Assembly (NCBI GenBank): GCA_947627465.1
Contig: CANQWD010000001.1
Location: 16,561-80,560, forward strand
Direction: 5' to 3'
Length of the DNA: 64,000 nucleotides
DNA from: an uncultured Clostridia bacterium
Lineage (GTDB): Bacteria; Bacillota; Clostridia; Oscillospirales; Ruminococcaceae
This document shows, in pieces, positions 58,193 through 64,000 of this stretch; within the stretch, counting starts at the first letter, position 1; each line of letters opens with the position of its first letter. The notes below the pieces were generated by a model. It was not told where the DNA came from. It saw only the letters and a list, made by a program, of their open reading frames with translations, and did not search any database. Position numbers and translations under genes: made by a program.

Positions 58193-58957
58193 GTGGATGT
58201 GATAACCTCGCGGAAAAACTCTGACGTTCGTATGATGAGGGAGCTGCTGAAAAGCGCGGATTATCGCCGCGAGACCGATTTGTTCGCGGTTGAGGGCGAC
58301 CACCTTTGCGGGGAGCTTGCGGAGCGCTCGTCGTTGGAGTGTTTTCTGTATACCGAAAAGGCGGCGAGGAAATATCCCGATACCGTGAGAAAAGCGGCGC
58401 AAATATGTAATTGCGCGGCTGTCATAACCGAGGAGCTGTCGGAATATATTTCCGATACGAAGTCTCCGCAGGGTCTGTTCGCGGCGGCGGAGCGTTTCGG
58501 AAACCCCATACCCGAAAACGCTGAAAGGCTGATTGTTCTGGACGGCGTTCAAGACCCGGGAAACGTCGGCACGATAATCCGCGCGGCGGAAGCGTTCGGA
58601 ATGGACGGCGTGCTGTATTCGCCGACCTGCGCCGATAAGTTTTCGCCCAAAACGCTCCGAGCTTCAATGGGGAGTGTGTTCAGAGTGCCCGTGCAGTTTT
58701 ATTCGGGCGCGGAAAATTTGCGCGGTTATTTAAAAGGCTTCACGGTGTACGGCGCTATGCTCGACAAGAGCGCGAAGCGGCTCGGAGAGGTGAAGTTTCC
58801 CGAGAAAACCGCGATAGTTATCGGCAGCGAGGGGCGCGGCATATCTCCGGAAATCGCCGCGGTCTGCGATGAGAAAATATACATTCCCATAAAGGGCGCG
58901 GAAAGCCTGAACGCCGCAATGGCGGCAAGCGTTTTGCTTTGGGAACTGTCAAGATAG
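58193..58957 (+). CDS. TrmH/SpoU-family RNA methyltransferase
   Basis: LDGVQDPGNVGTIIR, IVIGSEGRG, ESLNAAMAA. Confidence 0.92.
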   Translation: MDVITSRKNSDVRMMRELLKSADYRRETDLFAVEGDHLCGELAERSSLECFLYTEKAARKYPDTVRKAAQICNCAAVITEELSEYISDTKSPQGLFAAAERFGNPIPENAERLIVLDGVQDPGNVGTIIRAAEAFGMDGVLYSPTCADKFSPKTLRASMGSVFRVPVQFYSGAENLRGYLKGFTVYGAMLDKSAKRLGEVKFPEKTAIVIGSEGRGISPEIAAVCDEKIYIPIKGAESLNAAMAASVLLWELSR

Positions 58958-59136
58958 TTGACAGTTGATAGTTGACAGTGTGCAGTTGATGTTTCGGGGC
59001 TGTCTGATACTAATTCATAATCAACGTATAGACTAACATTTGTGTTATTGCAAGGCATTAGGTTTTATTTTTTGTCTGCACCTTGATTGTAAATTAGTAT
59101 GATAACTGTACACTGTCAAATGTACACTGTAAACTA
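58955..59136. repeat. ~180-bp imperfect palindrome with 7-bp-type subrepeats
   Basis: Left arm TAGTTGACAGTTGATAGTTGACAGTG...TGATACTAATTCATAATCAACGTATAGAC; right arm GTCTGCACCTTGATTGTAAATTAGTATGA...ACTGTACACTGTCAA. Confidence 0.65.
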
Positions 59137-59157
59137 ATAAGTTTGGAGGATAAAATT

Positions 59158-61248
59158 TTGGCTGATCTAGTAATTCTGGAGTCGCCGTCAAAGGCGAAAA
59201 CCGTTAAAAAATATTTGGGCGCGGGTTATGACGTTATGGCTTCAACGGGGCATATCATAGACCTGCCGAAAAGCAAGCTCGGCGTGGACGTGGAAAATAA
59301 TTTCACGCCGCAGTACGTCAATATGAAAGACAAGGCGGACGTTATCAAGGAGCTTAAAAAGCGCGCCAAATCCGCCGACGTCGTTTATCTCGCGACCGAC
59401 CCGGATAGAGAGGGCGAAGCTATCGCGTGGCATTTGTCGCATTTGCTGAACATCGACGAAAAAGCGCCCGTTCGCGTGACGTTCAACGAAATAACGAAAA
59501 CTGGCGTGCAGTACGGAATGAGCCACCCGCGCACTATCGACCCCGATGTGGTGAACGCTCAGCAGACGCGCCGTATTCTCGACAGAATAGTCGGTTATAA
59601 GCTGTCGCCGTTTTTGTGGAAAAAGGTTCGCAGAGGACTTTCGGCGGGGCGCGTTCAGTCCGTCGCGGTGCGTATTATCGTAGACCGCGAGGAGGAGATA
59701 CGCGCGTTTAAAACCACCGAATACTGGAGTATTGACGCGAAATTCTCGGCAAATTCTTCCAAGAAAACTTTCGCGGCGAAGCTCGCTGAAATAGACGGTG
59801 AGAAAGCGAAGATAGACAACAAGGAACAAGCCGACGCTATTCTCGATAATCTTAAAGGCGCGGATTTCGTCGTTACCAACCTCAAAAAGTCGCAGAGAAA
59901 GAAACAGCCCGCGCCGCCGTTCACGACTTCCACTTTACAGCAGGAAGCAAGCCGCCGCTTGTCGTTTCAAGCGCGGAGAACCATGAAAGCGGCTCAGGAG
60001 CTTTACGAGGGCGTTGATGTTGAGGGCACGGGCGCGGTCGGACTTATTACTTATATGAGAACCGACAGTCTGCGTATTTCCGACGAAGCGAAAACCGCCG
60101 CCGCCGAACTCATCAAGAACACCTACGGCGCGGAGTATCTTCCCGAAAAGCCGAGGACGTTCAAGTCCAAAAGCAACGCTCAGGACGCGCATGAAGCTAT
60201 CAGACCCACCAACGTCGAGTTCACTCCCGAGAAAGTGAAAAAGTCGCTGACAAGCGACCAGTTCAAGCTGTATAAACTCATCTGGGAGCGCTTTATGGCA
60301 AGCCAAATGGCGAACGCCGTTATGGATACCGTTTCCGTTGAAATTACCGCGAAAAACTGCCTGTTCAAAGCGAGCGGATATTCCGTCAAGTTCGACGGCT
60401 TCACCAAACTTTACGAAGAAAGCCGAGACGACGACGAAAAGGGGGGCGCTCTGCCGAAAATAGAAAAAGGCGAAACGCTGAAATGCGCGGAAATTCTCGG
60501 AAATCAACACTTTACTCAGCCGCCCGCGCGCTATAACGAAGCGTCGCTTATCAAGGCTTTGGAAGAAAACGGTATCGGTCGTCCGTCCACTTACGCGCCG
60601 ACTATTTCCACAATCCTTGATCGCCATTATGTGGAGCGCGAAACGGGTAATCAACTCAAGCCCACGTCTCTCGGAGAGGTAATAACGGGGCTTTTGAAAG
60701 ACAAGTTCAATAATATCGTTGACGTAAAATTCACGGCGAAAATGGAAAGCGACCTCGACGATATCGAAAAGGGCGGCAAGGATTGGGTCGCAACGCTCGA
60801 CAAGTTCTATAAGGGCTTTTCAAAGTCGTTGGAACAGGCGGAACATGATATGGAGGGCAAGCACCTTAAAGTCCCCGACGAGCCTACCGACGTAATCTGC
60901 GAAGAATGCGGAAAGCCTATGGTAATAAAAATCGGACCTTATGGAAAATTCCTTGGCTGTTCGGGTTTCCCCGAGTGCAAGTTCACGAAAAAGATAGTCA
61001 CCGAGACCAAAGGTCTTTGCCCGAAATGCGGCGCGAAAATGCTCCTTAAAAAGTCTAAGAAAGGCAAGCCGTTCTACGGCTGCGAAAACTACAAGGACTG
61101 CAACTTTATGACGTGGGATATGCCTTTGGAAGAAAAGTGCCCCGAGTGCGGTTCCAGCCTGTTTAAAAAAACGGGCAAATTGGGCAAGATATATTGCGCG
61201 AAAGAGGGCTGCGGTTACGAGCGTCCTCTCGATAAGGAGAGTAAATGA
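59158..61248 (+). CDS. topA: DNA topoisomerase I
   Basis: LVILESPSKAKT, LATDPDREGE, SAGRVQS, LITYMRTDS, QDAHEAIRPT, C-terminal zinc ribbons; GGAGG RBS before TTG 59158. Confidence 0.97.
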   Translation: MADLVILESPSKAKTVKKYLGAGYDVMASTGHIIDLPKSKLGVDVENNFTPQYVNMKDKADVIKELKKRAKSADVVYLATDPDREGEAIAWHLSHLLNIDEKAPVRVTFNEITKTGVQYGMSHPRTIDPDVVNAQQTRRILDRIVGYKLSPFLWKKVRRGLSAGRVQSVAVRIIVDREEEIRAFKTTEYWSIDAKFSANSSKKTFAAKLAEIDGEKAKIDNKEQADAILDNLKGADFVVTNLKKSQRKKQPAPPFTTSTLQQEASRRLSFQARRTMKAAQELYEGVDVEGTGAVGLITYMRTDSLRISDEAKTAAAELIKNTYGAEYLPEKPRTFKSKSNAQDAHEAIRPTNVEFTPEKVKKSLTSDQFKLYKLIWERFMASQMANAVMDTVSVEITAKNCLFKASGYSVKFDGFTKLYEESRDDDEKGGALPKIEKGETLKCAEILGNQHFTQPPARYNEASLIKALEENGIGRPSTYAPTISTILDRHYVERETGNQLKPTSLGEVITGLLKDKFNNIVDVKFTAKMESDLDDIEKGGKDWVATLDKFYKGFSKSLEQAEHDMEGKHLKVPDEPTDVICEECGKPMVIKIGPYGKFLGCSGFPECKFTKKIVTETKGLCPKCGAKMLLKKSKKGKPFYGCENYKDCNFMTWDMPLEEKCPECGSSLFKKTGKLGKIYCAKEGCGYERPLDKESK

Positions 61249-62555
61249 CAGTAAAAGTTATCGGCGCGGGTCTGGCGGGGTGCGAGGCGGCTATGCAGTT
61301 GGCAAACCGCGGATTTTCCGTGGAGCTGTACGAAATGAAGCCCGTGAAGTTTTCTCCCGCGCATAAATACGAGGGCTTTGCGGAGCTTGTGTGCTCAAAT
61401 TCGCTGAAAGCCGCACGGGTGGACAGCGCGTGCGGACTTCTCAAAGAGGAAATGCGGCGCTTGGGTTCGGTGATCTGCGAGGCGGCGGCGAAAACCGCCG
61501 TTCCCGCGGGCGGAGCTCTGGCGGTCGAACGTTACGCTTTCTCGGACGAGGTCACGCGTATTGTCAAAAGTCACCCGAACATTACGGTTATCGAGGGCGA
61601 AGTTTGCGAATTTCCCGAGGAAAACGCGGTTATCGCGACGGGTCCTTTGACTTCGGACGCGCTTGCGGATAAGATACGCGAAAAGTGCGGAGATTATCTA
61701 AGTTTTTACGACGCGGCGGCTCCGATAGTTACCGCCGAGAGTATCGACTTTTCGATAGCGTTCGAGCAGTCGCGTTACGACAAAGGCGGCGCGGATTACG
61801 TCAACTGCCCGTTCAGTAAAGAGGAGTACGATGCGTTTTACAACGCGCTGATAAATGCCGAGGGCGCTCCGCTCCATGAGTTTGATAAACCGGAAGAGAG
61901 TGCGGGCTTGCGCGTTTACGAGGGCTGTATGCCCGTTGAGGTTTTGGCAAAGCGCGGTTATGACAGCGTTCGCTACGGCTGTATGAAACCCGTCGGACTT
62001 ATCGACCCGAGGACGGGTAAACGTCCTTTTGCTGCGGTTCAGCTTCGGAAAGAGAACGTTGAGGGTACGCTTTATAATCTCGTGGGATTTCAGACGAACC
62101 TCAAATTCGGTGAGCAAAAGCGTGTGTTCTCGTTTATCCCGGGACTTCAAAACGCGGAGTTCGCGCGGTACGGGGTTATGCACCGAAACACGTTCTTGTG
62201 CAGTCCGCGCTTGCTGGACGAGCATTTTATGCTTAAAGGCTCAAAAAACGTATTCTTTGCGGGTCAGATGACGGGAGTTGAGGGCTACGTTGAAAGCGCG
62301 GCTTCGGGCATTGCGGCGGGGCGTGCTTTGGCAGATATTCTCGACGGCAAACCGCCGATAACTTACCCGAAAACCACAATGATAGGCGCTCTTTCGTGGT
62401 ATGTGGCGAACGCATTTCCCGAAAATTATCAGCCTATGGGCAGCAATATGGGCATTCTGCCGCCTCTTGAGGAGAATATACGCGACAAGAAACTGAAGTA
62501 TCAGCGGCTTGCGGAGAGGGCTATTGGGGATTTGGAAAAGGCGCTTTGCGTGTAA
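61245..62555 (+). CDS. trmFO: FAD-dependent tRNA (uracil-5)-methyltransferase TrmFO
   Basis: VIGAGLAGCEAA, ELVCSNSL, GFQTNLKFGEQ, AGQMTGVEGYVESAASG. Confidence 0.96.
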   Translation: MTVKVIGAGLAGCEAAMQLANRGFSVELYEMKPVKFSPAHKYEGFAELVCSNSLKAARVDSACGLLKEEMRRLGSVICEAAAKTAVPAGGALAVERYAFSDEVTRIVKSHPNITVIEGEVCEFPEENAVIATGPLTSDALADKIREKCGDYLSFYDAAAPIVTAESIDFSIAFEQSRYDKGGADYVNCPFSKEEYDAFYNALINAEGAPLHEFDKPEESAGLRVYEGCMPVEVLAKRGYDSVRYGCMKPVGLIDPRTGKRPFAAVQLRKENVEGTLYNLVGFQTNLKFGEQKRVFSFIPGLQNAEFARYGVMHRNTFLCSPRLLDEHFMLKGSKNVFFAGQMTGVEGYVESAASGIAAGRALADILDGKPPITYPKTTMIGALSWYVANAFPENYQPMGSNMGILPPLEENIRDKKLKYQRLAERAIGDLEKALCV

Positions 62556-62584
62556 ATCGAAATTTGTTGAAAGGAGATACTATT

Positions 62585-63257
62585 GTGAATATAGAGGAGC
62601 AATTTAACCTAATAGCTAAAGAATATGATTGTAATCGTAGAAAATTTATTCCATGTTTTGATGATTACTATGAAAATTCAACAAAATTTATACTTTCAAG
62701 TATTAAGAAGCCCAAGAGTGTGTTGGATTTAGGTGCCGGAACAGGTTTGCTGTCTTATTATTGGTATGTGCAATGCTCGTCAGCGGAATATGTGTTGGTT
62801 GATATAGCGGACGAAATGCTTGGATATATCGAGAAAAAGATTTTTAGGATTAAACAACGTTCAACATAGAATAATGGATTATACAAAGGTACTTCCCGAA
62901 GAAGATTTTGATACTGTTATATCAGCATTATCCATTCATCATTTGGATAATGCTCAAAAAGAAAATTTATTTATAAAGATTTACAACATGTTGCCGGAGA
63001 AGGGAATATTGGTAAATTACGATCAGTTTTGCGCTGATACACCTGCGATGAATGATTGGTTTAATTCGTATTGGGAGAGTCAGTTATATTCCGGTGGATT
63101 GACTGAAAGAGATATTGAATTATGGAAAGAACGCAGAAAATTAGATAAGGAGTGTTCTGTTGAAGCAGAAATACAAATGCTTAACAGATGTGGATTTTCG
63201 GAAGTTAAATGTATCTATTCTTATCATAAATTTTCTGTAATTGTTGCAGTTAAGTAA
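62585..63257 (+). pseudogene. AT-rich class I SAM-dependent methyltransferase split by a +1 frameshift near 62819-62823
   Basis: ORF 62546..62869 carries VLDLGAGTG; ORF 62820..63257 continues DISRKRF...SALSIHHL; removing one base gives a single frame. Confidence 0.8.
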
Positions 63258-63316
63258 CTATTATCGCAGTCATAAATTCCAATTTACCGCATCATCAAAA
63301 ACATACGGAGGAGCAT

Positions 63317-64000
63317 ATGAAAATAGTAATTGACGGTTTCGGCGGCGACAACGCCCCCGACGAAGTATTAAAAGGCGCGGCTATGGCGGTCGAGGGTCTG
63401 GGGATTGAGGTAGCGGTGACGGGTGAGCTTGACAAACTCAAAGAACGTATGTCGGCGCTTAATATTCCCGAAAAGGGCATTGAACTTGTTGAAGCGCACG
63501 GCGTTATCACTACCGAGGACAACCCGCGTTCCATACTGAAAGGCAACGCGGGTACCTCAATGGGTGTGGCGTTCAATATGCTGAGCAAGGGAGAAGCGGA
63601 CGCGGTTATCTCGGCGGGAAGCACTGCCGCTATCGTGTTGGGCGGTACTATGATAGAAAAGCGCATTAAAGGCGTGAAGCGCACGGCTCTCGTGCCGCTT
63701 ATGCCCGCAGACGGCGGCGTTAAGTACGCGGTTTTGGACGGCGGCGCAAATTTGGACTGCCGCCCCGAAATGCTTCTGCAATTCGCGATACTCGGTTCTT
63801 GTTTTATGGAAACTACCATGGGAGTAAAAAATCCGCGCGTGGGGTTGCTCAACATAGGCACCGAGGACGAAAAAGGCAGAGAACTTGAACATGAAACGAA
63901 GAAGCTTCTTGAAAAAGCGCCGATAAATTTCGTGGGCTACATTGAAGCGCGTGAAGCGCCGCTCGGGGCAGTGGACGTTCTGGTCACGGACGGCTTCACG
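63317..64000 (+). CDS. plsX: Phosphate acyltransferase PlsX, 3'-truncated by the window
   Basis: Translated by eye: MKIVIDGFGGDNAP, ISAGST, LDGGAN, GLLNIGTEDEKG, GYIEARE; GGAGGAG RBS. Confidence 0.93.
   Translation, partial: MKIVIDGFGGDNAPDEVLKGAAMAVEGLGIEVAVTGELDKLKERMSALNIPEKGIELVEAHGVITTEDNPRSILKGNAGTSMGVAFNMLSKGEADAVISAGSTAAIVLGGTMIEKRIKGVKRTALVPLMPADGGVKYAVLDGGANLDCRPEMLLQFAILGSCFMETTMGVKNPRVGLLNIGTEDEKGRELEHETKKLLEKAPINFVGYIEAREAPLGAVDVLVTDGFT

Noticed and set aside
62546-63257. Two separate genes or a programmed frameshift
   Set aside because: The halves join into one methyltransferase fold, and no slippery heptamer is present at the junction

Overview
Chromosomal window from a spore-forming Bacillota, most likely Clostridia of the Oscillospiraceae/Ruminococcaceae type. 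This assignment is inferred from gene content and order (spoIIR, split transketolase, T-box pheST, topA-trmFO-plsX). The left part (about 5.9-26.8 kb) is a carbohydrate locus: an ABC oligosaccharide importer, a GH31 alpha-xylosidase, GH2 and GH13 enzymes, an uncharacterised signal-peptide-less GH26-like protein, a two-subunit transketolase, a ROK repressor, and xylB-DUF4867-fucose-isomerase-like (XylA-II type) genes. The rest is mostly housekeeping (pgm, rpmE, radA, PBP1A, M23 hydrolase, HPr, lgt, minD-like, mgsA, recO, mutS2, pheST, eno, infC-rpmI-rplT, topA, trmFO, plsX). No transposase, integrase, CRISPR array, tRNA or rRNA gene was found. The most unusual signals are non-coding: (1) AT-rich one- or two-gene inserts whose borders share a short AAAT-N4-ATTT-RYCG motif, suggesting a minimal gene-cassette integration system; (2) two copies of a 194-bp MITE with 18-bp inverted ends and 4-bp target duplications; (3) a 129-bp element that duplicated a whole 23-bp terminator hairpin; (4) a family of intercistronic stem-loop elements with GGAGCGAAGCG-type loops, including a 166-bp tandem array in the pheS leader; (5) a ~180-bp imperfect palindrome before topA. 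All calls come from reading motifs by eye; no database search was run.
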